Under the pieces are notes generated by a model that did no database searches, was not told the DNA's origin, and worked only from the letters and a program-made list of their open reading frames with translations. Below, piece by piece: positions 38,979 to 49,033 of a stretch of 64,000 nt of DNA. How positions within the stretch are numbered: the stretch's first letter is position 1; every line of letters begins with the position of its first letter. Source of the DNA: a bacterium (GTDB lineage Bacteria; SZUA-182; DTGQ01; JAFGSM01); contig JBLIRN010000005.1 in NCBI GenBank assembly GCA_049472315.1, forward strand, positions 1 to 64,000, given 5' to 3'. Made by a program: the position numbers and the translations under genes.

Positions 38979-40283
38979 ATGCGGCTTTCCAGATACGTGA
39001 AGATATTTCCCTTTGAGGAGAAGCCCGGTTACCTCCTCCTCTATTCAACAAAAAAGACGTCATCCCTCCTGATCAGGGAATCCCTCCTGCGATCGATCGA
39101 GGAGGGAACCCTTCCCCCTTCCACGGCCGAGTCCCTTTACAGTCTCTGCATGCTGGTTTCCGACGAGGCCCAGGAGAGGGAGCAGGTGCTCGGGATGTTC
39201 GATGCATACAACAAGGGGTGTACGCGGTTCAATGCCATGGCGGTGATGAACCTCGACTGCAACCTTGCCTGCACCTATTGCTACGAGGGGGGCATGAAGG
39301 GGCGGCATTACATGTCCTCCGGCACCGTCGATGCCCTCGTCGGGTATATCCAGAAACATCCGCTCGCGGCTGGCAAGGATGTGCGCATCGATTTTTACGG
39401 GGGCGAGCCCCTCCTGAGCTTCGAGCAGATCAAGGATATATCCGGCCGCCTGAAGGCATCCGCACAGGAGAAGGGCCTCCGGTATTCATTCGGCCTCGTG
39501 ACAAACGGCACGCTCCTGACACGAGAGAGGGCGGAGGAACTGGTGGGGCTCGGGCTCGCCGGCGCAAAGATCACGATCGACGGCCCCCGGGAGGTGCATG
39601 ACCGGCTCAGGCCGTTCAGGTCCGGGTCAGGGACCTTCGACGCGATCGTCGGCAATCTCAAGGCGGTGTATGATATTGTTGATATCCAGGTGGGGGGGAA
39701 CTATACCAGGGAGAATTACAGGGAGTTCCCTCGGCTTCTCGACCATCTGATCGATGCGGGTTTCGAGCCGGGGATGCTGTCGATGGTCAAATTCGACCCC
39801 GTTATCGAGGTGAAGAGCGATTTCGGGCTCCCTGACTTCAGGGAGGGGTGCGCATGCATCAACGAGCCGTGGCTTTTCGAGGCGAGCATATTCCTCAGGG
39901 AGGAGATCCTGAAGAGGGGGTTCCGCACGATACGCATCATGCCGGCCTCCTGCATGGTGGAGATCAGGGACGACATCGTTGTGGATCATGACGGTGCGAT
40001 CTACAAGTGCCCGGGCTTCATAGGGAGAAAGGACCTCCGGGCGGGTGACCTGTGGTCGGGCATGCAGGACTATGACGAATCCCACAGGCTCGACATCTGG
40101 AAGAACCGGGAGTGCCTTGACTGCGTCTATCTCCCCCTCTGCTTCGGGGGATGCAGATATATGAAGCTTCTGAGGGACGGAGGGATCGATGGGGTGGATT
40201 GCAGGAGGGAATACCTGGACGCAACCCTGGAGACCTTTGTCAGGCAAGAGATCAAATATAAAATGAAACACGAGCTGACATGA
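38979..40283 (+). CDS. Radical SAM/SPASM peptide maturase (geopeptide type)
   Basis: LSRYVKIFP...LLYSTKK N-terminus, CNLACTYC, FYGGEPLL and SPASM YKCP...CLDCVYLPLCFGGC...C. Confidence 0.9.
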   Translation: MRLSRYVKIFPFEEKPGYLLLYSTKKTSSLLIRESLLRSIEEGTLPPSTAESLYSLCMLVSDEAQEREQVLGMFDAYNKGCTRFNAMAVMNLDCNLACTYCYEGGMKGRHYMSSGTVDALVGYIQKHPLAAGKDVRIDFYGGEPLLSFEQIKDISGRLKASAQEKGLRYSFGLVTNGTLLTRERAEELVGLGLAGAKITIDGPREVHDRLRPFRSGSGTFDAIVGNLKAVYDIVDIQVGGNYTRENYREFPRLLDHLIDAGFEPGMLSMVKFDPVIEVKSDFGLPDFREGCACINEPWLFEASIFLREEILKRGFRTIRIMPASCMVEIRDDIVVDHDGAIYKCPGFIGRKDLRAGDLWSGMQDYDESHRLDIWKNRECLDCVYLPLCFGGCRYMKLLRDGGIDGVDCRREYLDATLETFVRQEIKYKMKHELT

Positions 40284-40843
40284 GCCATTCGAGCACCAGA
40301 AACCTCCTCGTATTCACCACGGTAAGCTCCATATGGGCCGTCATCTACGGCCTCATCGGGCCCTTTTACGTGGTGCACGTCGAGAAGTTGAGCGGGGGCA
40401 TGGAAAAGCTGGGGATCGCCTTCAGCATCATGGTACTCCTCCAGTCGGCATCGACTTACGTGGCAGGGCATTTCTCGGACAGGCTGGGCAGGAGGCCCTT
40501 CCTCTTCATCACTGCGTATACGGACGCGGCCGTGCTCTTTTTCTATACCGTCATTGAAAATACGCTCCAGCTCTACCTCCTCCAGGCGCTGCTCGGCATT
40601 ACGAACGGGGTCGTGGACACCATCCGCACATCCCTGCTTGGAGACCTTACCATAAAGGAGGGGCGGGGTAAGGCGATCGGGAAGTTCAACGCCATTGTGA
40701 GCCTGTCATCCGCCGCCGGGCTTTCCCTGGGTGGGTTCATGGCAAAGATGTACGGCCTGAAGTCGTTGTTCTATTTTGCCTCGGCGTCAGTGGTACTCTC
40801 GACGGTGCTTCTGTTCTTCATCCGGGAGGGTGAGAATGGGTAA
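40280..40843 (+). CDS. Half-size (about 6 TM) MFS transporter
   Basis: Motif A GHFSDRLGRR. 187 aa, ATGA-coupled to the maturase. Confidence 0.8.
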   Translation: MSHSSTRNLLVFTTVSSIWAVIYGLIGPFYVVHVEKLSGGMEKLGIAFSIMVLLQSASTYVAGHFSDRLGRRPFLFITAYTDAAVLFFYTVIENTLQLYLLQALLGITNGVVDTIRTSLLGDLTIKEGRGKAIGKFNAIVSLSSAAGLSLGGFMAKMYGLKSLFYFASASVVLSTVLLFFIREGENG

Positions 40844-41080
40844 TATATAGCTCGTTCAACCCGTCTTTATCCAATCTTAATCCCTCTTTGCATGACCTTT
40901 GCCCGGAAGTCTTCAGAAATTTCTTCAAATGGTTTTAAATCTATCTCGTATTCGGATTCCTTAATAAGAAAGGCATAAGCCTTATAAAATTCTTCGACTT
41001 TAATACCCTTTATCACCAAGTCAATGTCGGAGTGAGGGCCAAATTTATCGCTCAGAATCGAACCGTATATATAAACCGAA

Positions 41081-43360
41081 TCAAAATGAAATCTTCCCCC
41101 TTTTCGGCCTCCATATGCGCCGCAGGCGGAGGGAGTTGCCGACCACGCAGACCGAGCTTAGGGACATGGCAGCGGCGGCGAAGGCGGGGTTCAGGAGGAT
41201 GCCGAACACCGGATAGAGGACGCCCGCTGCAATGGGAATGCCGAGGCTGTTATAAAAGAAGGCCCAGAAAAGATTCTGCCTGATCACCCGTACGGTCTGG
41301 TGTGAGAGCCGCACCGCAAGGGCCACGGACCGCAGATCGTCCGCGATGAGGGTGATGTCGCTCGACTCCAGCGCCACATCCGTGCCTGCACCGATTGCGA
41401 TGCCGATGTCCGCGGCGGTGAGTGCCGGGGCATCATTGATGCCGTCACCCACCATCGCCACCACCTCTCCCTGGGCCTGCAGCCGTCGAATCTCCGCTGC
41501 CTTGTCCTGGGGGAGCACGCCCGCCATCACACGATCGATGCCGAGGATGCGTGCAATACCCCGGGCGGTCGTCTCGTTGTCCCCGGTGATCATGGCCACC
41601 TTCAAACCCGCCCGCTTCAGATCGAGGATCGCTGCCTGCGCCGAATCCTTCGGCACATCGGCAAGTGCGATGACACCGATGGCCCTTCTGCCCCTTGCAA
41701 CAACAACGCAGGTCTTCCCCTGGCCGGCAAGGTCATCTGACACGCCCGCCAGTCCGTTCATGGCGATCCCCTCCTGTGCCATGAGATGGGGGTTGCCCAG
41801 CAGGAAGGGGGTGCCGTTCAGGACCGCCCGGGCCCCGAGGCCGGGAAGGGCCTCGAAATTCCTCACCGGCACCCGGGAAATACCCTCCCGTGCCCCCTGC
41901 CGCACGATCGCCTGGGCCAGGGGATGCTCGGATGGCGCCTCTATGGAAGCGGCAAGGATCAGAACCTCCTCCCTGGCCCCCCCGTCCGCCGCAACGATGT
42001 CGGTCACCTCCGGTTCGCCCCTGGTAAGGGTGCCGGTCTTGTCGAACACCACCGTGGTGAGCCGGTATGCCTTTTCCAGGGCCTCCCCGCCCTTTATCAG
42101 GATGCCGTTTTCAGCGCCCAGGCCGGTGCCCACCATCACCGCCGTGGGAGTCGCCAGGCCCATGGCGCAGGGGCAGGCGATGATAAGGACGGAGACGAAA
42201 TTGAGCATGGCCCGGCTGAAGGAGGTGCCCGGAACGGCCAGGTACCAGACAAGAAAGGTGACGACGGCAATCCCCATCACCACCGGGACAAACACGGAGG
42301 CCACCCTGTCGGCGATCCGCTGGATGGGGGCCTTGCTTCCCTGGGCCTCTTCGACCAGCCGGATGATCTGCGCCAGCACCGTTTCCGCGCCTATCCTGGT
42401 TGCCCTGAAGGTGAAACTCCCGCTTCGGTTAAGGGTGGCGCCGAATACCTCGCTCTCCTCCTCCTTGGCCACGGGGATGCTCTCGCCGGTGAGCATGGAT
42501 TCGTCGACCGCGGATGCCCCCGACACCACGATTCCGTCGGTGGGAATCCTTTCACCGGGCCGCACCAGGACAAGGTCTCCCCTGGCTACCGCCTCAATGG
42601 GGATGTCCATCTCCCTGCCATCCCGTATGACCCTGGCGGTTTTTGGCTTGAGTCCCATGAGGCGTTGTATTGCCGCAGAGGTGCGCCCCTTTGCCTTCGC
42701 CTCCAGGTATCGTCCCAGGATGATGAAGGTGACGATCATGGCGGCGCCGTCGAAATAGACGTGGGGGGCGATGCCGGCGCCCGTGAAGATCCGGGGGGCG
42801 AAGGTGGCCAGGCAGGAATAAAGGTATGCGGAAAGGGCGCCGATAGCCACAAGGGTATTCATGTCGGCGGTCTTCTGCCTGGCGGCCTTGACCGCACCGG
42901 AGAGAAAGCGGCTTCCCACCCAGAAGATCACCGGTGTGGTGAGTACAAAGAGGCACCAGAGCATGACCTGACGTGGAATGGGCCTGAGGAAGGGGAACCA
43001 GTGCTGCATGGAGCTGGCGGCAATGATCGCGCTCAGGATGCATCCCGCAATGAGCTTGATCCGCAACTCCCTGATCTCCCGGTTGCGGGCCTCGGCAATG
43101 GGGTCTTCCTCGCTGCCGTCCACAGCCCCAAGAAACTCGTAGCCTGCATCGGAGATGGTCTTCTTCACCCTTTCGATGCCTGCCCAGTCAGGGCTGTGTA
43201 TGATGGAGGCCCTCCCGGTTGCCAGGTTGACCGGTGCATCGATGACCCCTTCGATGCGCTTCAGGGCATTCTCCACCCTCCTGACACACGCGGCACAGGT
43301 CATCCCCCCGATGGAGACCGTGGTTTTTTGCGGTGGTTGGAGGATGGCCCTATTCGGCAA
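41081..43360 (-). CDS. copA: Copper-translocating P1B-type ATPase
   Basis: GMTCAAC, TGES, CPC, DKTGT, SEHP, GDGIND and YN/MxxSS. Confidence 0.95.
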   Translation of the reverse strand: MPNRAILQPPQKTTVSIGGMTCAACVRRVENALKRIEGVIDAPVNLATGRASIIHSPDWAGIERVKKTISDAGYEFLGAVDGSEEDPIAEARNREIRELRIKLIAGCILSAIIAASSMQHWFPFLRPIPRQVMLWCLFVLTTPVIFWVGSRFLSGAVKAARQKTADMNTLVAIGALSAYLYSCLATFAPRIFTGAGIAPHVYFDGAAMIVTFIILGRYLEAKAKGRTSAAIQRLMGLKPKTARVIRDGREMDIPIEAVARGDLVLVRPGERIPTDGIVVSGASAVDESMLTGESIPVAKEEESEVFGATLNRSGSFTFRATRIGAETVLAQIIRLVEEAQGSKAPIQRIADRVASVFVPVVMGIAVVTFLVWYLAVPGTSFSRAMLNFVSVLIIACPCAMGLATPTAVMVGTGLGAENGILIKGGEALEKAYRLTTVVFDKTGTLTRGEPEVTDIVAADGGAREEVLILAASIEAPSEHPLAQAIVRQGAREGISRVPVRNFEALPGLGARAVLNGTPFLLGNPHLMAQEGIAMNGLAGVSDDLAGQGKTCVVVARGRRAIGVIALADVPKDSAQAAILDLKRAGLKVAMITGDNETTARGIARILGIDRVMAGVLPQDKAAEIRRLQAQGEVVAMVGDGINDAPALTAADIGIAIGAGTDVALESSDITLIADDLRSVALAVRLSHQTVRVIRQNLFWAFFYNSLGIPIAAGVLYPVFGILLNPAFAAAAMSLSSVCVVGNSLRLRRIWRPKRGKISF

Positions 43361-43550
43361 TCTCGTAGCCCGCCTCTTCGATCCGTTCCCTGACGGTCTC
43401 CATGTCCACCGGCGCCGTTTCCTCGAAGGTGACCTTCCCGGTTTTCAGGTCAACGGCAATCTCCTCGACCCCCTCGATCCCTTCCATCACCCTGGTTACC
43501 TCCGCAACGCAGTGGGCGCAGGACATACCCCTTATCGTGACGGTCCTCAT
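43350..43550 (-). CDS. copZ: Copper chaperone (HMA domain)
   Basis: GMSCAHC...EAGY. RBS GAGGGGG. Confidence 0.9.
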   Translation of the reverse strand: MRTVTIRGMSCAHCVAEVTRVMEGIEGVEEIAVDLKTGKVTFEETAPVDMETVRERIEEAGYEIAE

Positions 43551-43560
43551 CGGATCCCCC

Positions 43561-44118
43561 TCATTGCAGGGATGTCGGCGTGGCCCACCAGGGGCTGTAC
43601 ATACCCAGGTAGAAATAGCTCGGGCTGATCGAGGTGAGGCCGAAGAAGGGTTGCCAGTTCCAGGGAATCCCCATGGCGGATACCGCATCGGGCGATCCGA
43701 ACCTGGTGATGCCGAGCCCTCCGAAGCCCCCTATGCCGAGTCCGAGAGAGAGGCCGAATCCGGGAGGCACCTCGGTCATAGCCGTGAATCCCTGCTGTGC
43801 AAGAGGGGCCTGGGGTAGCTGTGCCGTTGCCAGTCCCATGCCTGCAAACCCTGTGATGCCGTATCCGCCGATCCCTGCGGCATACGGGATGATCATGGTG
43901 CTCGGCCATTGATACTGGAGTGGCAAGATGGTCGGCTCGGCCACCGAGGTGGCCCACCATGGTGCGCCTATTCCGGTCAGGGACCAGACCGGATAGTATG
44001 CCCCGCCCAGGAAGTCCGAAGGATACGACAGTTGTGCGGAGGCATTGCGCAGGGGCAGTGCCGATATGACTAAAATGCCGAGGATGAGATAAAGGCATTT
44101 CAAATAGATTGCTTTCAT
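43561..44118 (-). CDS. Secreted low-complexity Gly/Pro/aromatic-rich protein
   Basis: Signal peptide ending ASA-Q; the mature part is almost uncharged. Confidence 0.7.
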   Translation of the reverse strand: MKAIYLKCLYLILGILVISALPLRNASAQLSYPSDFLGGAYYPVWSLTGIGAPWWATSVAEPTILPLQYQWPSTMIIPYAAGIGGYGITGFAGMGLATAQLPQAPLAQQGFTAMTEVPPGFGLSLGLGIGGFGGLGITRFGSPDAVSAMGIPWNWQPFFGLTSISPSYFYLGMYSPWWATPTSLQ

Positions 44119-44737
44119 ACGACACCCTTCCGCTGTATAGGTGATTGCACGGAGTTGACGATGGTTATTGATCCTGTTGACGGCGCTATCACCTCCCTTG
44201 CAGGAAAGCATTCCGATCATGCGGCACGAATAACAAAAAGGTGAATGGAATCTATGAAGAGCATTGTGCCTTGGCACATGCGCATGCGTCCTGAATCTCG
44301 AGGCGTTCGCTGCGATGAGCAGGCATGATTGATGTCTTCATCAATTTAATTCTATCTTGGGAATGGCGGGAGGTCACGCAACGACAGGGCCAACGAATTG
44401 GGTGACAGAACAGGATATGTCCCGTGATTATCGGGGTTCAAGGGGCTTAACCGGAACATCCCGCTTATACTCTATTGTACACCGTATATTTTTTTTGGCA
44501 AGGCCAGTGACCTGGGGTCAGGTCTTGAATTGACAGTTCTGTCTCGAAAATGGATTTTCATTATTCGTGGCGCGACAAAGCGGCATGAGCGTTTGTTCCG
44601 GATTCGGGTCATTGTCTTCCCATATTCAAACACGTATAATACCCTTGCCTTTTAAGGCCGAATAGGCAGAATACACACCTCACATATAACAATTTTAAAA
44701 ACAATCCGTTATGGGTTGATGCCGGAGCGGAGTCACG

Positions 44738-47383
44738 ATGAGAGAACATATAGAGCGGGTCGGCGCCGAATATGCTGAACGCATACCGGCACAATTGACC
44801 AGGACCGGTTCCCTGGTAGATCATTACTGTATTTGTCATGATATCCTGAATGCGCCTGACATCGATACCCACATGCTGGCATGGGTCTTTGTGTATATGA
44901 GGCTGTTTTCGATAAAGGATATGCGCAAGGACATGAGGGGCTACTATCAAACAAAGGATATCTCTCATATACAAAACGAATTGTCGATGGCATTGGCGCG
45001 GGTGTATGTCAAAGCCCTTTCCTGCCCTGACAGGGATACATCGTTTGATCGTGTCCTGATCAGGAATATCATGAATCTTACCCCGCGCGGCGGCGGCAAC
45101 GGTGATGAACTCCGGCTCTTCATACTGGACATGATGAGGCGCCATGGCATACGGGAGGGACATCGGCCCGGCATCGATGATCCATTTATCGAGGAATGGC
45201 ATCAGAAGCTGCATAGCTGTTGCACCCCCGAGGACATCGGCATCTGTGAGGCCTATATCCTGTTTCAGGAGACGAATTCATCCGACCTCTTCTATAAGAT
45301 GTTATGGGAGCGAAACGGCATATCGGTGGATTATCTGAGACATATGCCGCGTCCTCTCACCCACGCCCCCCGATACATGCCCCAACTGATCCCTGATCTC
45401 AAGCATTTGCTCTGGATACTGAAACAGGTCCATGGCGGTTCCAGTAATTTTCATTATCTGCTGGAGGTATCGAAGTGGCAATTGGACAAGGAACTGCACT
45501 CCATGCTGCAGGATGTCAACAATCATTACGGTGAATGGTGGATCCCCGGGAGGATCGTGGATTGCCGTCAGAGGCTGAGGCTTCTCTTACGCAACCATTG
45601 TCCCCGCGATCCCCTGATGATCGATGTGGCGCTCGATAACCGGTATAAAACCGCCGTAGAGCGGATCGATCTGCGGACCCTTTCCGGTGATGACCTCGTC
45701 GCTCTGGTCCTGTTGTCCCTCCGGAATATCCACCTGTCATACGAGAATGAAACAATAGCCGCATGCATCGACCTGTGGAACCGCCTCAACAGCGTTCCTG
45801 ATAGGGATACGTGGTCACGTGAATGGGCCCTGCAGACCGTTGCCGCCTTAAACTATATCCAGTCTGCGGTGCATTCCTTTTCGGATGGACTGTACAACCT
45901 CATTCAGCCCAAGGCCCTGCTTCTCGGCAGATCATGCGAGATAGCCGAATCCTATCTCATGAATTGCGCCGAGGAGGTCATCCGGAGCCAGAACACTTAC
46001 GCATTATCAAGGCTCATCGATGCCCTGTTTCCCATGATGCGGGAAACGGCACATATAGGCTGCTGGAAGATAGTAAGCCGCGGCAAGGGGACAGGGACCG
46101 GACGGGTGAAGGCAACCGGCTCATTGCCTTCCCTGCACGACAGGCAGGACGAGGGATCGCACATTATGGTGGTCGATGCCATCGATGGAACGGAAGACAT
46201 CCCCCCGTGGGTCAGCGCGATCATCACAAAAAGCGATGTGGATATCCTTTCGCATATTGCAATCCGCTGCCGGGATTCGAAGGTCCTTCTCTCCACTTGT
46301 TATGAACAGGATGTGTTTGAACGGCTGAAATCATATGACGGTGCGACATTGACCGTGGTCATCGAAAATGACAGGATTCATTATCGCGAGCACGGCATGG
46401 ATGATGCCGGAACCACGATTCATCAACAACAAGCAATGCGGGGCAGGAACCGTCGGTCGAAATCGGGGAATCTTCTGGATATACACGACAAGGTATCGGC
46501 ATTCATAAAGACGCCCTTATCTGCAACCGTGCCGTTCGAGGCATTTGAGCGGGTGCTCCTCGGAAACCCCGAAGCATTCTCCCTTTTCACGAAATTGACG
46601 GATGCATTGGCCTCTCATCCCCAGGATTATCCATCCATCCTGTCCGATATACGAACGTTGATTCAGGATCTTTCCGTGCCATCCGATGTCGTTCAATCCA
46701 TCCGGGAACGGATTACCAGCCAGGGGTGCATGGCGGTCCAATGGTCGGGGCCATTCCAAGAGGCCATCATCTCCACTATCAAACGGGTATGGGGCTCGGT
46801 GTGGAATGAGAGGGCCTATCTCAGCCGTTTTCACCGTAATCATGGCAGCAATGGAATTTGCATGGGTATACTGATTCAGAATGTTATTCCTGCCGACTAT
46901 TCGTTTATCATCCATACCCGGAATCCCCTGTCGGATAACGGCGACGAGATCCTGTCGGAGATCGTGGTCGGCCTGGGGGAGACGTTGACCGGCAATGCAC
47001 CCGGCACCCCCCTGTGTGTCGTCTCGGACAAGAGGCGGAAGGACCATACCATCGTATCCTATCCCTCCAAACCGATCGCCTACCTCGATTCCCATCGGGA
47101 GAACTCATTCATTGTTCGTTCCGATTCCAACGACGAGGATTTGCCGGATTTCTCGGGGGCCGGGTTGTATGACAGTCATCTCATTTACAAGCCGACCCGG
47201 GCCTTCGTCCGGTATGATCAGGAACGATTGTTCTGGGACAGGGACTTTCAACAGGTTATGTTTGACTCCCTCATACGGATAGCCGGTGAGATCGAGGATA
47301 TCATGCAATCTCCCCAGGATATCGAGGGCGTCTATGCCGGGGATTCCTTCTATGTCGTCCAGACCCGCAATCAAGTCGGATAA
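44738..47383 (+). CDS. Alpha-glucan water dikinase (GWD1/R1)-like protein
   Basis: EEWHQKLH..TPEDIGICEAY, phospho-His DILSHIAIRCR, IKRVWGSVWNERAY, VGLGETL, RSDSNDEDLPDFSGAGLYDS and PQDIEG...VVQTRNQV. Confidence 0.85.
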   Translation: MREHIERVGAEYAERIPAQLTRTGSLVDHYCICHDILNAPDIDTHMLAWVFVYMRLFSIKDMRKDMRGYYQTKDISHIQNELSMALARVYVKALSCPDRDTSFDRVLIRNIMNLTPRGGGNGDELRLFILDMMRRHGIREGHRPGIDDPFIEEWHQKLHSCCTPEDIGICEAYILFQETNSSDLFYKMLWERNGISVDYLRHMPRPLTHAPRYMPQLIPDLKHLLWILKQVHGGSSNFHYLLEVSKWQLDKELHSMLQDVNNHYGEWWIPGRIVDCRQRLRLLLRNHCPRDPLMIDVALDNRYKTAVERIDLRTLSGDDLVALVLLSLRNIHLSYENETIAACIDLWNRLNSVPDRDTWSREWALQTVAALNYIQSAVHSFSDGLYNLIQPKALLLGRSCEIAESYLMNCAEEVIRSQNTYALSRLIDALFPMMRETAHIGCWKIVSRGKGTGTGRVKATGSLPSLHDRQDEGSHIMVVDAIDGTEDIPPWVSAIITKSDVDILSHIAIRCRDSKVLLSTCYEQDVFERLKSYDGATLTVVIENDRIHYREHGMDDAGTTIHQQQAMRGRNRRSKSGNLLDIHDKVSAFIKTPLSATVPFEAFERVLLGNPEAFSLFTKLTDALASHPQDYPSILSDIRTLIQDLSVPSDVVQSIRERITSQGCMAVQWSGPFQEAIISTIKRVWGSVWNERAYLSRFHRNHGSNGICMGILIQNVIPADYSFIIHTRNPLSDNGDEILSEIVVGLGETLTGNAPGTPLCVVSDKRRKDHTIVSYPSKPIAYLDSHRENSFIVRSDSNDEDLPDFSGAGLYDSHLIYKPTRAFVRYDQERLFWDRDFQQVMFDSLIRIAGEIEDIMQSPQDIEGVYAGDSFYVVQTRNQVG

Positions 47384-47513
47384 TCCGTCGTTCAGGCAGT
47401 CTCGTACGGCCTGCACCGTCAGCCATCTCTGGGACCGCTATCACCGCGGATGATCTGTCATTCTTGCCATATCGTTTGATACAAGGCTCCCCTGGAATTG
47501 CGAATCACCGAAT

Positions 47514-47545
47514 CCGGCGGAATGGATTCCCCGCCGGTTTCGTTT
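47514..47545 (+). terminator. Possible terminator hairpin
   Basis: CCGGCGG-N10-CCGCCGG-TTTCGTTT. Confidence 0.35.
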
Positions 47546-47686
47546 GGAAATATGCAGGGGGATTTGTCTGCCGCGGGCATTTTATTATATAATTTATGGC
47601 CTGATCTTCGATTGTGTCGCTATGATGACAATGATTGCACTGCATGATCTCATGGCAGGAGGTATTGAGCCTTTGAGGAGGAATCC

Positions 47687-49033
47687 ATGAATGTCTGTGT
47701 GATTGGTACGGGATACGTGGGACTGGTGGTGGGGGTGTGCCTCGCTGAGACAGGAAATGATGTCGTGTGCGTGGATGTGGATGCATCGAAGATCGAGCGG
47801 CTTAAAAAGGGGGAGGTCATCATCTTTGAACCGGGACTCGAGCCGCTCATGAAGAGGAATATCGATGAGGGAAGGATCGAGTTTACCACCGATCTCACCT
47901 ATGGGGTCCGCAAGTCCCTGTTTAACTTCATTGCCGTGGGCACCCCTCCCGGGGAGGACGGGTCCGCCGATCTGAAGCATGTCCTGGCCGTGGCCAGGGA
48001 TATCGGCAGGGCCATGGATGCCTATAAGATCATCGTGGACAAGAGCACCGTTCCCGTGGGCACGGCTGACCTGGTACGAGAGGCCATTGCCCGTGAGACG
48101 ACCCATGAGTTCGATGTGGTCTCCAACCCCGAGTTCCTGAAGGAGGGGGCTGCGGTGGCGGACTATATGAAGCCCGACCGGGTCATCATCGGCACGAATG
48201 ACTGCCGCGTGGCGGAACTGATGAGAGAGCTCTACACCCCCTTTGTGCGCACCGGAAATCCCATATTGATCATGGACATCCGCTCTGCGGAGATGAGCAA
48301 GTATGCCGCCAATGCCATGCTCGCCACTCGGATCTCCTTCATGAACGAGCTCGCCCGGCTCTGTGATCTGGCAGGGGCGGACATAGAGATGGTACGCAAG
48401 GGAATAAGCTCGGACTCCCGCATCGGGCACTCCTTCCTGTTTGCCGGGGCAGGATACGGCGGCTCATGCTTCCCCAAGGATGTGAAGGCCATTATCCACA
48501 CCGCCCAGGACTACAAGCTTTCCATGGATCTCCTGAAGGCGGTGGAGGCGGTGAACGAGCAGCAGAAGAGGGTGCTGGGGGAGAGGGTCATCCGGTTCTT
48601 TTCAAAGGGGACCGGGGGGACGGTGAAAGGGGCCCTCCAGGGAAAGCGGGTGGCCCTGTGGGGTCTCTCATTCAAACCACAGACCGACGACATGCGTGAG
48701 GCCCCCTCTATCGTGACCATCAATCAGCTCCTCGATCAGGGCGCGATCATTCGGGCCTTCGATCCTGCGGCCATGGATGTTGCGCGGGGGATCTTCGGCG
48801 ACCGCATCGAATTCGGGAAGAATACGTACGATTGCCTGCCCGGCGCGGATTGCCTGGTCATTGTCACCGAGTGGAACGAGTTCCGCAGGCCGAACTACGA
48901 CAAAATGAAGGAGATGATGAAGGCTCCCGTTATCTTTGACGGGAGGAACCTCTATGACCCCGAGAAAATGAGCCAGCGAGGTTTCTTCTATTTCAGTATC
49001 GGCCGTGGGACCCAGAATCAGAAGCATTCTTGA
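47687..49033 (+). CDS. ugd: UDP-glucose 6-dehydrogenase
   Basis: GTGYVG, KSTVPVG, SNPEFLKEG, GYGGSCFPKD and FKPQTDDMRE. Confidence 0.96.
   Translation: MNVCVIGTGYVGLVVGVCLAETGNDVVCVDVDASKIERLKKGEVIIFEPGLEPLMKRNIDEGRIEFTTDLTYGVRKSLFNFIAVGTPPGEDGSADLKHVLAVARDIGRAMDAYKIIVDKSTVPVGTADLVREAIARETTHEFDVVSNPEFLKEGAAVADYMKPDRVIIGTNDCRVAELMRELYTPFVRTGNPILIMDIRSAEMSKYAANAMLATRISFMNELARLCDLAGADIEMVRKGISSDSRIGHSFLFAGAGYGGSCFPKDVKAIIHTAQDYKLSMDLLKAVEAVNEQQKRVLGERVIRFFSKGTGGTVKGALQGKRVALWGLSFKPQTDDMREAPSIVTINQLLDQGAIIRAFDPAAMDVARGIFGDRIEFGKNTYDCLPGADCLVIVTEWNEFRRPNYDKMKEMMKAPVIFDGRNLYDPEKMSQRGFFYFSIGRGTQNQKHS

Noticed and set aside
44509..44535. GGGGTCAGGTC motif (also GGGGTCAAATC at 58161) at the edges of acquired-looking DNA
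   Set aside because: Reminiscent of REP-like scars but too short to distinguish from chance.
44738..47383. Annotation as ordinary PEP synthase/PPDK
   Set aside because: The domain order (His domain before a C-terminal ATP domain), absence of a pyruvate-binding barrel and the WHQKLH motif fit GWD instead.
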